Notes under the pieces: generated by a model
Told to the model about the DNA's origin: nothing
Seen by the model: only the letters and a program-made list of their open reading frames with translations
Database searches by the model: none
Shown here: one piece after another, positions 26,341 to 33,943 of the stretch
How positions within the stretch are numbered: the first letter of the stretch is position 1
Layout of the letters: every line of letters begins with the position of its first letter
Program-made: the position numbers and the translations under genes
Origin: a virus
Taxonomy: Duplodnaviria; Caudoviricetes
Length of the DNA: 54,555 bases
Reading direction: 5' to 3' (one strand)
Virus record (IMG/VR): IMGVR_UViG_3300037153_000401
Location: 1 to 54,555 of that record

Positions 26341-27117
26341 CTAATAGGAAGAGTACTTGCGGAAGCCGATCCGCGCATTGTGAAGCGACCGGACGTACAA
26401 CTCGAAATCCTTCGTGTAGCGCTGCGCATCCGCGCCGAGCGTGACAAGCCGCGTCTTCCGCTGGTCGGCGTTCATCGCCTCGACAGCCTTCCATTGCTCC
26501 GAGCCGATCTCCGAGTCGGAAAGCCACCATTTCGCATCAGGTAGACACGAGATCGCGGCGCGCGTCTCGATCAGGTGATGATGTTCACTGAGCACGGGCG
26601 ACGAATCGAGCGCGGCCGATTCCGCCCATGGGCCAACGGCGTAAATGACCTTGTAGACCGCAGTCGCCTGCGGGACGGGCCGAATGCGAGCGTGAACGGC
26701 CTGCCCGGCCGGTTCTCGGTAGAAAGCAATACCCAAAGCCGTATGATTGCTTCCGTCGAGAAACCCGCCGAACCAATTCGCGCCGTCTCGCGGGCCCTCA
26801 TAGGCGAGCGGCAGATTCTGCACGTTGAAGAACGGGACCGTCCGCTCCCAGTGACCTGGCGTTGTGGTGTCCTCGGTGTAGACAAGCAGCGCTCGCCCCC
26901 AGTCCTGGGCAGTAATCAAATAATCGGCCTTGTCCTTCTGGACTACGAGCGGGATTTCCAACGTCGCCCAGGCTTTTGATGTGTTATTAAGGTGGTTGTA
27001 GACAGACTGGGTGTGATTCAAGACGTGCTTGAACACCTGCCGAAAGCCAGGAAACTGCGGCTGCGGATCGCCGAGCGTGGTGCGGACGCTAGAGACAATC
27101 TCGTCGAGAGTAGCCAT
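26341..27117 (-). CDS. Putative head-tail adaptor protein
   Basis: MATLDEIVSSVRTTLGD...SPVLSEHHHLI pattern, synteny. Confidence 0.55.
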   Translation of the reverse strand: MATLDEIVSSVRTTLGDPQPQFPGFRQVFKHVLNHTQSVYNHLNNTSKAWATLEIPLVVQKDKADYLITAQDWGRALLVYTEDTTTPGHWERTVPFFNVQNLPLAYEGPRDGANWFGGFLDGSNHTALGIAFYREPAGQAVHARIRPVPQATAVYKVIYAVGPWAESAALDSSPVLSEHHHLIETRAAISCLPDAKWWLSDSEIGSEQWKAVEAMNADQRKTRLVTLGADAQRYTKDFELYVRSLHNARIGFRKYSSY

Positions 27118-28146
27118 TTAGTTTTTGGTCGCCTTCGGAGTCTTTGGCGCGTCGGCGGGAGCTGGAAGCGCTGGAGCGGCCAGCCGATCAACAAGCGTTT
27201 CGAGCGCCGTGGCCAATTGCGCCTGATTCTCTGACAGTTTTTGGAGAATATCCGTGACCGGAATATCCTTCTTATCCGCCTGTGCTTTGATAAGATCGCC
27301 GACCGACTTGCTAAACTGATTTTGCAATTGCGCCGTCTCAAGCAACTGCTTGGATTGCGGCGTGATCTCAAGCTGCGCCATTAACTGCTCGGCGACGTCA
27401 CTGAGCCGATACGTCCAGCCGTCCTTGGTCGTGCCGACCTGCACAAGCGTCTCTTCGAACTTGATTCGCTCCATCGCCCACAGGCGAAACTGGTCACAGG
27501 CCGAAAGCATCTCGTCGCCGATCTCCCGCAAATCGCGCTCGCCGGTATTCCTTTTACCGGCTTCGATAGACTCGGAAAGCTCGCGTAGCGTCGGCGGCAA
27601 CTGAGGCCACAGCGGAAAGAAGAGTGATTGAAGTCGCTCGGCGACAACCTGATCCCAGGTCACGGTCCTGAGCGCCTCAATCTCCACGACGCCTTTGCTA
27701 TTGCCCTGATCGTTGCGAGCCGCCGTGAGAACGGCGCCGATCGACTCACCGGGGAACGTCTTGACGCCGGGTAGAACATTGGTCCACTTCGCGCCCTCCG
27801 TGAAAGTCCCTCGAAACGTCGGCGTCCCTTCCGGTATCAGATCCGGCGGCGTCCAGACGGCCGCGGTTTCGAGTGGCGTCAGCAAGGCGCGCGGCAGCAC
27901 GCCTTTTGTTCGCAGCAAACAGGGCGTGTTGATCTCTTCGCCGCCGTTCGAATAAAGCCTGAAAGCGTCGCCGTTCGAGCTCTGAATACCGAAACCGGTC
28001 AGGTCCTTCATCTCACGCTTGCGGCGCGGACCGAGAGCGTCGCCGGGAAAAAACAACCACCGCACCGCGTCTTTCGGGACGGCGTCGTCGTCTATGAATC
28101 GTGGCATCTGCTCGTCCACGACGGGCATAGCTAATACTGCTTGCAT
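27118..28146 (-). CDS. Hypothetical protein
   Basis: 342-aa ORF, SD AAGGAG. Confidence 0.65.
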   Translation of the reverse strand: MQAVLAMPVVDEQMPRFIDDDAVPKDAVRWLFFPGDALGPRRKREMKDLTGFGIQSSNGDAFRLYSNGGEEINTPCLLRTKGVLPRALLTPLETAAVWTPPDLIPEGTPTFRGTFTEGAKWTNVLPGVKTFPGESIGAVLTAARNDQGNSKGVVEIEALRTVTWDQVVAERLQSLFFPLWPQLPPTLRELSESIEAGKRNTGERDLREIGDEMLSACDQFRLWAMERIKFEETLVQVGTTKDGWTYRLSDVAEQLMAQLEITPQSKQLLETAQLQNQFSKSVGDLIKAQADKKDIPVTDILQKLSENQAQLATALETLVDRLAAPALPAPADAPKTPKATKN

Positions 28147-28159
28147 TTTTGCTCCTTGC

Positions 28160-29020
28160 TTAGTCGGGAATTGAAAGACCCGACTTGTCGTCGATGTTAA
28201 ATGTAGTAGGCCATGCGAACTTATACTTGCCGTGCTTCAAGGTTTTGTAGTTATCCTCGAACGCGCGCCAACCGTGGGAATTGATCCACGAATGCCAGAA
28301 GTCGTGATTGATCCGTTTGCCCTCTTCCTCGATCTCTCGAGCCTCCGCATAGGCCAGACGCTGCGCCTCATCGAGCGCCCAATCCGGCAACGGTTCGTGT
28401 GGTGAGGTTTTCTGAGGGTCGTTATCCCGCAGGCGCACGGCCTTTTGCAGAATCTGCAGATCCGCGGTAGAAGGCTCGCGATAGTAGCCCCAACATCTAC
28501 GCCGGTGGCCACGCCAAGCCCTTTCGCAACAGGTTTCGTTTGGATCATGCTCGGCGACCGTGCGAAGGTAGCCGTACCATCCGTCAATCGGCGGATCGCC
28601 GCGCTTGTCTATCGTCCGGCCGAGTACCGGATCATAGACGTAACGCGACCGTTGCCAGGTCTGCCAATACTGGCCAGGCTCGTAGCGCTGCTCGAGGATC
28701 CAGCGCGGGATAGAGATGTCCACCTCGTCATCGCCGACCTTGACAGTCATAAAGCGATACTTCGCCCGCCACTCGCCCTTTGTCGGCTTACCCAACCCGT
28801 CAAATTCGACGTGGAAGAACTCGCGCGACTGCCAGGCCCAAACCAGACGGACGATCGACTTGCCGTCCGCTGTACCGCAAATACGATTCAGTCGCTTCTG
28901 GAACTTAACGACGTTGAACGTCGGCGGATTCCAGATCCCTCGCTCGCCCCATTTACGCGGGTTGTCGTAGGTCGGATGGCGGTCCTTGGTGGCAAGATGG
29001 TCGGCTGCGTCAATCATCAA
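28160..29020 (-). CDS. Hypothetical protein
   Basis: 286-aa ORF overlapping the upstream stop. Confidence 0.65.
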   Translation of the reverse strand: MMIDAADHLATKDRHPTYDNPRKWGERGIWNPPTFNVVKFQKRLNRICGTADGKSIVRLVWAWQSREFFHVEFDGLGKPTKGEWRAKYRFMTVKVGDDEVDISIPRWILEQRYEPGQYWQTWQRSRYVYDPVLGRTIDKRGDPPIDGWYGYLRTVAEHDPNETCCERAWRGHRRRCWGYYREPSTADLQILQKAVRLRDNDPQKTSPHEPLPDWALDEAQRLAYAEAREIEEEGKRINHDFWHSWINSHGWRAFEDNYKTLKHGKYKFAWPTTFNIDDKSGLSIPD

Positions 29021-29295
29021 ATATCGCCTTTGATTTCGACGTGAACGGTGGTGTTCGCCAGTTGAACGCGCGCCTCGAGAGTTAGGGTCGTTCCGGCCAG
29101 CGTCTCGGTGGCGCCAACGATAGCTATAGCGCCGCCCAAGACCTTCGCGTTGCGGTGAACGTGCTGACAGATGTAGCTCGCCTGGTCGCCGACGGCGCCC
29201 GTTGAGCCGGTGACGGCGACAATCTCAGACGCTTCGCTACTGCGCCTGTCTTCCGGCCCAAGATCCTTGCCGGCAAAAGCCGCTGAAATAGACAT
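29017..29295 (-). CDS. Small structural/decoration-like protein
   Basis: Follows capsid gene; SD GGAG before ATG 29295. Confidence 0.55.
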   Translation of the reverse strand: MSISAAFAGKDLGPEDRRSSEASEIVAVTGSTGAVGDQASYICQHVHRNAKVLGGAIAIVGATETLAGTTLTLEARVQLANTTVHVEIKGDI

Positions 29296-29310
29296 GAGAA
29301 TATCTCCAAG

Positions 29311-29339
29311 AAAAACGGGAGAGATCGAAACCTCTCCCG
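29311..29339 (-). terminator. Intrinsic terminator after capsid gene
   Basis: Minus strand CGGGAGAG-GTTTCGAT-CTCTCCCG-TTTTT. Confidence 0.75.
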
Positions 29340-29369
29340 GCATTGTTTTGTGTTATGCGTGAAGCCTGC

Positions 29370-30644
29370 TTAACTAGTGGCTTGCGTCACAACGCCCGAA
29401 ATGGACGCGCGTTTAATGAACCCGCTCGAACGGGGCAGCAACGTGCCGGGATTGGCGCGATAGCCAATGGCGCGCTGATAGTCGTCCGAACCGGTGTTGT
29501 TCGCACCGAGCAGCATGCGCCACTCTTGATTGTCGAGGTCGTACTCGCCGAAGGGCATTTCTTCGAACATTTTGTATTGATCGCCCTGAACCAGATAGTT
29601 GCGATCCTCATCCATGTCCGCGTCGCGCACGTAAATGGTATCACCGTCCTCGTACCGCTTGGCGACGCCCTTGACAGTGTCACCCCCCTCGGCTGAACGC
29701 ATATAGAAGCCAAGGGTGTATCCCTGCTTCCGCAAGACTGAATGCTGACCGAAAGTGATGAAGCCGATGAGCTTCGATTCAGCGTCTTCGGTATTATTTC
29801 GAGTGTTGATCATGGATTTGAGAGTCTCCTGGGCCGCCGGCGACATTATGACGCCGTTGAGGTCCAGGACAGGCGCATTGAGGTCGGGGAAGTTGCCGGT
29901 ATTGAGCCCCTGCAAGACGCGAGTCTGATCGGAGATGAGGTGCCCCAGGCCGCGCATATAGCGGTTGTAGGAGCCGACATCAACAATCGGGTCGCCGGAC
30001 GAGATCGTGCCGGAAGTGACATTGATAGTCGCCGAGGTCTTGCCGGGAGTCACCACCGTGAACGTCCCGCGCACGGCGCCGGTCGAGGTGTTGATCGCCT
30101 GATAAGTGTGGCCTTCTTCCAGCCTCACGCCGCCCTTGGTCTGGCCCGGAGTCGTGGCCGCCGCGGTCGTAAAATTGCAACTGGTAACTCCAGTGCCGCC
30201 GATCGCCGACGCGCTGAAAGCCAGAGCGCCAGAACCGTCGCCATAGAAAATCTGGTTTGCTCTTTTGGTCGCGGTTTCGGTGTAGAGCTTGAGGATGTCG
30301 AGCAGGCTGACAATGTTGTTCTTCTGATCTTTCTTGAAGGCCCTGATCGAAGCGCCCTGCCAGACCATCGGCAATGCGTACCCGACCGGGTAAACAAACA
30401 TTGATTGAGTCTGCATCGGGACCGCGGCGTTGAAGCTGGAGGAAGATGGCACGAAGCCGGTATGTCCGCCCGGACGACGCGAGTAGTAAGGAATCCGATA
30501 ACCTTTCTCGGTCAGCTCCTTATGCTCGACGTCCTTTTCGAACGCATTGTAACCGGGCGCGTTGTTCTCAAAGAACGAGCGCACCATCATTTCGACGTCC
30601 TGACGCTTGAGGTCAGGAAGATTCGAGAAATCTACGTTGGACAT
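29370..30644 (-). CDS. Major capsid protein
   Basis: 424 aa, downstream of scaffold, followed by a terminator; RANQIFYGDGSGAL pattern. Confidence 0.75.
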   Translation of the reverse strand: MSNVDFSNLPDLKRQDVEMMVRSFFENNAPGYNAFEKDVEHKELTEKGYRIPYYSRRPGGHTGFVPSSSSFNAAVPMQTQSMFVYPVGYALPMVWQGASIRAFKKDQKNNIVSLLDILKLYTETATKRANQIFYGDGSGALAFSASAIGGTGVTSCNFTTAAATTPGQTKGGVRLEEGHTYQAINTSTGAVRGTFTVVTPGKTSATINVTSGTISSGDPIVDVGSYNRYMRGLGHLISDQTRVLQGLNTGNFPDLNAPVLDLNGVIMSPAAQETLKSMINTRNNTEDAESKLIGFITFGQHSVLRKQGYTLGFYMRSAEGGDTVKGVAKRYEDGDTIYVRDADMDEDRNYLVQGDQYKMFEEMPFGEYDLDNQEWRMLLGANNTGSDDYQRAIGYRANPGTLLPRSSGFIKRASISGVVTQATS

Positions 30645-30659
30645 GGATCGTTACTCCTG

Positions 30660-32135
30660 TTAGCCCGCGCGCTGTTCGCGCAGTTGGCGCAGATACTCCA
30701 TGGTGAATGGCTGTGCGGTCGGTTTGACCACGCCATTGCCATGAATAGCGCCGCCGCTTACTCCAGGCCGGGCCAGAGCGCCCAGCTTCGAGTTCTCGAC
30801 TTCCCGCAGTTCTTGATTGCCGCCCGCGATGACCTTCGCGACCTTGAGCGCAATCCCGCTGAGCTTGGCGAGCGCGCCGTTGTAGAGGCGATTGACTTCG
30901 CCTCGCGCCTTGCCCAGCGCGGCGTCATTGCGGTATTGGGCATAGGCGGGATTACCCGCCACGGCTTCGTACCACTTGACGGCGCGCGCCTGATCGCCGA
31001 GCGCATCCAGGGAATCGAAAAAGCCCTGGTCGAGCGTGACGCCGAGCGCGTTAAGCGTTGATTCAGTGGCAAAACGCAGCTCGGGACTGAGCAGATTGGC
31101 CATAATGGCCATAACTGCCCCAGACTGGACGGCGTTGGTTGCTGGATCAGCCGAGAATTGAACCTGAGAGCTAAGATTTTTTACTATGGAGGTCAGTCCG
31201 TCCTGACGCAGCTTGCCCGCATATTCTTGGAATGAGTGTTCCACGCTGGCGCGAAATTCCTGGCCCTGCCTGACCGCATGCTCCGCTTGCGCCTGGTTGT
31301 AGCGCTCGCGAAACTGGCGGTTTTCGAAGGCTTCCTGTTTTTCGGCCAGATACTCTTGAAGCTGTTCCGGCTCCATCTGCTGCGCCTGATAGCGCTGATT
31401 AGGAGACAGATTCTTGTAGAGTTCGTGATACTGCTGCGGAACGTACGCAAGCTCATCAGACGAGACGACTCCGGGTGTTGCTACCGATTTGTTTGGGTTT
31501 TGGGTAAGCGCCTGGTAGTCAGCGAGGCGATTTGGATCGAGGCCTAGAGTCTGGAACATCCTCTGCGCGCCCGTCAGACCGTCCGCGCCTTTCGCGCCCC
31601 AGAATCCATAAAGCAATTGATCCGCAAGGGCGGGGCTGCTTTCCTGAATCTGAGAGACGAAGGTATGCGGCGAAGAGATCGGCAAGCCGGTGTGCTCGTC
31701 ATAAAGCACGTTGCCGTGCTCGTCCTGCGCGTACCCATACAGACCGTCAAGCAGTTCAAGGCTGCTTTTGATCGCGTCCGTGTCGCCGTAGTCGGCGAGC
31801 GGCTGATACTGTCCCTTGAGCGTCTTGTGGTCTGTTTCGAGTGATTTGTAGCCTTGAAGTAACGATGTGAACTTTTCACGCCACTGTTCAGGAGCCTGCG
31901 CCAGTTCCTCTTCGGTAACTGGCAGTTGAAACTCCCCAGTGCCGGCGTCAGCGCTGCTCTCGTCCCCTGCTACCGCCGCGGGCGGTGTCCCTTGAGCCGG
32001 AGTAGTTCCGGTCGAAGGCTCGCCGCCGCTCGTAATTGCCCCTTGCCCGCCGGTGTCAGCGGGAGCGGAAGCCGGACTTGATTCCGCTGCAGGCGGGGCG
32101 CCTGCCGTTACACCTGTATTCGTTGATTCGTCCAT
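30660..32135 (-). CDS. Capsid scaffolding protein
   Basis: Acidic low-complexity N-terminus then helical; immediately upstream of capsid; start moved to ATG 32135. Confidence 0.65.
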   Translation of the reverse strand: MDESTNTGVTAGAPPAAESSPASAPADTGGQGAITSGGEPSTGTTPAQGTPPAAVAGDESSADAGTGEFQLPVTEEELAQAPEQWREKFTSLLQGYKSLETDHKTLKGQYQPLADYGDTDAIKSSLELLDGLYGYAQDEHGNVLYDEHTGLPISSPHTFVSQIQESSPALADQLLYGFWGAKGADGLTGAQRMFQTLGLDPNRLADYQALTQNPNKSVATPGVVSSDELAYVPQQYHELYKNLSPNQRYQAQQMEPEQLQEYLAEKQEAFENRQFRERYNQAQAEHAVRQGQEFRASVEHSFQEYAGKLRQDGLTSIVKNLSSQVQFSADPATNAVQSGAVMAIMANLLSPELRFATESTLNALGVTLDQGFFDSLDALGDQARAVKWYEAVAGNPAYAQYRNDAALGKARGEVNRLYNGALAKLSGIALKVAKVIAGGNQELREVENSKLGALARPGVSGGAIHGNGVVKPTAQPFTMEYLRQLREQRAG

Positions 32136-32144
32136 TGGTAATCC

Positions 32145-32248
32145 AAAAGAAAAAGGCCGCCAACCGGCGACCGATCCGAATGGACCAATCACCGAATTGG
32201 CGGCCTGTGCTTAGGTAGTGTTCCGCGCCGAACAAACGCCCAACGCGG
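32145..32248 (-). promoter_or_regulatory. Tandem-hairpin RNA element A with U-tract upstream of scaffold
   Basis: 11-bp hairpin 32223-32248 and ~23-bp hairpin 32154-32206, 4 G:U pairs each on the minus strand, then TTTTCTTTT. Confidence 0.65.
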
Positions 32249-32289
32249 CTAATGACTAAACAAAAACCTTTATGAAATTGTGAGTGCGG

Positions 32290-32457
32290 TTATCTGAAAC
32301 TGCCGGTCGAAACGAGCAAACTCATCATCGTCTTTGCGCGGGCAGGTTCGTGTTCGAACATCCGCGCCCAACCAACCAGACAGGCAATGATATTCACCCT
32401 GTTCGACTGCTCGCTTACTTCCGCGCCACAGAGCGAGCAGGCATCGTTATTAACCAT
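32290..32457 (-). CDS. 55-aa hypothetical protein (not in ORF track)
   Basis: MVNNDACSLCGAEVSEQ...; overlaps the upstream stop. Confidence 0.4.
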   Translation of the reverse strand: MVNNDACSLCGAEVSEQSNRVNIIACLVGWARMFEHEPARAKTMMSLLVSTGSFR

Positions 32458-32689
32458 TCTTTTTCCCTAGATCGAATTTCCGCTCAATCCCTTTAACGAT
32501 CAGGAGAAGTCCGTCGCGCACGAATGTGGCAATATCGCGGGCGTCATCCCATGAGAAAGACTTCGGCGCGGGCTTGCTAATATGCTCTTTCACACTACCT
32601 ATGCGGCCCATTGATCCTTCAGGCGGGGAAACCGGAGCCCGAAAGGCATAGGGAATGCGATAGCCTTTCTGTTGCGGTTCGTCGCTCAT
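32450..32689 (-). CDS. Small hypothetical protein, possible regulator
   Basis: ATGA overlap; amphipathic C-terminal helix FVRDGLLLIVKGIERKF. Confidence 0.6.
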   Translation of the reverse strand: MSDEPQQKGYRIPYAFRAPVSPPEGSMGRIGSVKEHISKPAPKSFSWDDARDIATFVRDGLLLIVKGIERKFDLGKKNG

Positions 32690-32838
32690 CCCCTCAGCGC
32701 CCCCGCCGCCTTGGCCTTAAAATATTCAACTTGCGCGATCCTCTTCCTGGCCTGCTTCTTGGAGAGATTCGGCTTGCTCAGGTTCTTGGCACCGCTTTCG
32801 GATTTGACTTGGTAGCCTTTGCCGGTTTTAACGATCAT
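32686..32838 (-). CDS. 50-aa basic phage protein (not in ORF track)
   Basis: MIVKTGKGYQVKSESGAKNL...KKQARKRIAQVEYFK pattern familiar from phage head regions; ATGA overlap with next gene. Confidence 0.7.
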   Translation of the reverse strand: MIVKTGKGYQVKSESGAKNLSKPNLSKKQARKRIAQVEYFKAKAAGALRG

Positions 32839-32889
32839 ACTTTAGCGATAACCGAGCAGAATTTAATGTAAAGATTCTGCACTTGCCGA

Positions 32890-32942
32890 ATGTTGCATTA
32901 ACAACGATTCGATGTTGCATTATCATGCGGCGGATGTTGCAT
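32890..32942. promoter_or_regulatory. Three ATGTTGCAT direct repeats at 22-bp period
   Basis: Copies at 32890, 32912 and 32934 in an intergenic region. Confidence 0.7.
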
Positions 32943-32990
32943 CGTCGCCGCTAAGCACTCTAGTCGCAACTAGTTACAAGCAGAAAAGTA

Positions 32991-33018
32991 TTGACAAAGA
33001 AAGTACCATCCCTAGAAT
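32991..33018 (+). promoter_or_regulatory. Sigma70 promoter for DUF559 gene
   Basis: TTGACA, 16-bp spacer, TAGAAT. Confidence 0.7.
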
Positions 33019-33054
33019 AGCGCCGTCTTTTCCAGTTACGACAATCTAAGAGGG

Positions 33055-33456
33055 ATGGTACTTATGACAAACTCAAATGCCAAGCAATTACCACTGTTCA
33101 ACGACGCGCGCAACTTCACCCAACCGCACGAATCATTTATCGAGGCGCGCCTCGCGCACGCCCTAAATGTAAGAGAAATCCCGCACAAACGAGAGCATCC
33201 AATTGGACGCTACAGAGCCGATTTTGCTTTCCTTGAACACAGCCTAATCGTCGAGGTCGACGGCTACGAGTTCCACCATACCAAGAACCAGCGAGAGCAC
33301 GATGCGCAGCGAGATCGAATATTTATGCTATTAGGCTGGCGTGTCATCAGATTTACCGGATCGGAAATCCACCGAGATATTGAGCGTTGCGTGGCAGTGA
33401 TTACGTTACTATTAAAGACTCTGGCCAATTCTCATCAGGAGGCGAAGGCAGCTTAA
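33055..33456 (+). CDS. DUF559/Vsr-like endonuclease domain protein
   Basis: IGRYRADF...LIVEVDG..FH...D..RD...GWRVIRFTG. Confidence 0.85.
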   Translation: MVLMTNSNAKQLPLFNDARNFTQPHESFIEARLAHALNVREIPHKREHPIGRYRADFAFLEHSLIVEVDGYEFHHTKNQREHDAQRDRIFMLLGWRVIRFTGSEIHRDIERCVAVITLLLKTLANSHQEAKAA

Positions 33457-33943
33457 TAATCCCATGCTCACGGTTGAGCAATTGTAACCGCTCAGCTTCG
33501 GTAATTATTTCCTTCAAACAGGCATCTGCCATCTCACGACCGTAGGTGCGAGCAAGAGATTTGGGCAAAAGAGGCTCTTTACCATCTAAGAGAAGACGGG
33601 CGTCTAGCCTAATCGCGGCTTTATAGAACCAATCAAAGAAAGCGCCTTTTAGGTATTTTCCCTCAGCTGTATGCGCGCCTCTTTTGCGGTGGTGGCATAT
33701 CTCATGCATCTTCTCCGCTACTAGGACAGCCCATAGTTGCGTCCGACTATACATAATGCGGTTTACACCGAAAGGCCCCTTCTCACAGTTAATCCGTCCA
33801 TCCTTACGCCAACGCCATAAAGTGGAACGGGTAATGCCAAGAATTACCGCGGCCTCTTTCTCGTCATACATGGACGCATATGGCACAAGCGCTAAACGCT
33901 CTTGGGCATATCGCTCGATTATTTCCTCTACAGGATGGGTCAT
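33401..33943 (-). CDS. Xis/MerR-like HTH DNA-binding protein
   Basis: YDEKEAAVILGITRSTLWRWRKDGRI; ATGA overlap with portal stop. Confidence 0.75.
   Translation of the reverse strand: MTHPVEEIIERYAQERLALVPYASMYDEKEAAVILGITRSTLWRWRKDGRINCEKGPFGVNRIMYSRTQLWAVLVAEKMHEICHHRKRGAHTAEGKYLKGAFFDWFYKAAIRLDARLLLDGKEPLLPKSLARTYGREMADACLKEIITEAERLQLLNREHGIIKLPSPPDENWPESLIVT

Noticed and set aside
10218-31844. Long + strand ORFs opposite the virion genes (e.g. 17116-18264, 12153-13016)
   Set aside because: Antisense shadows typical of GC-rich coding DNA, with no recognisable motifs
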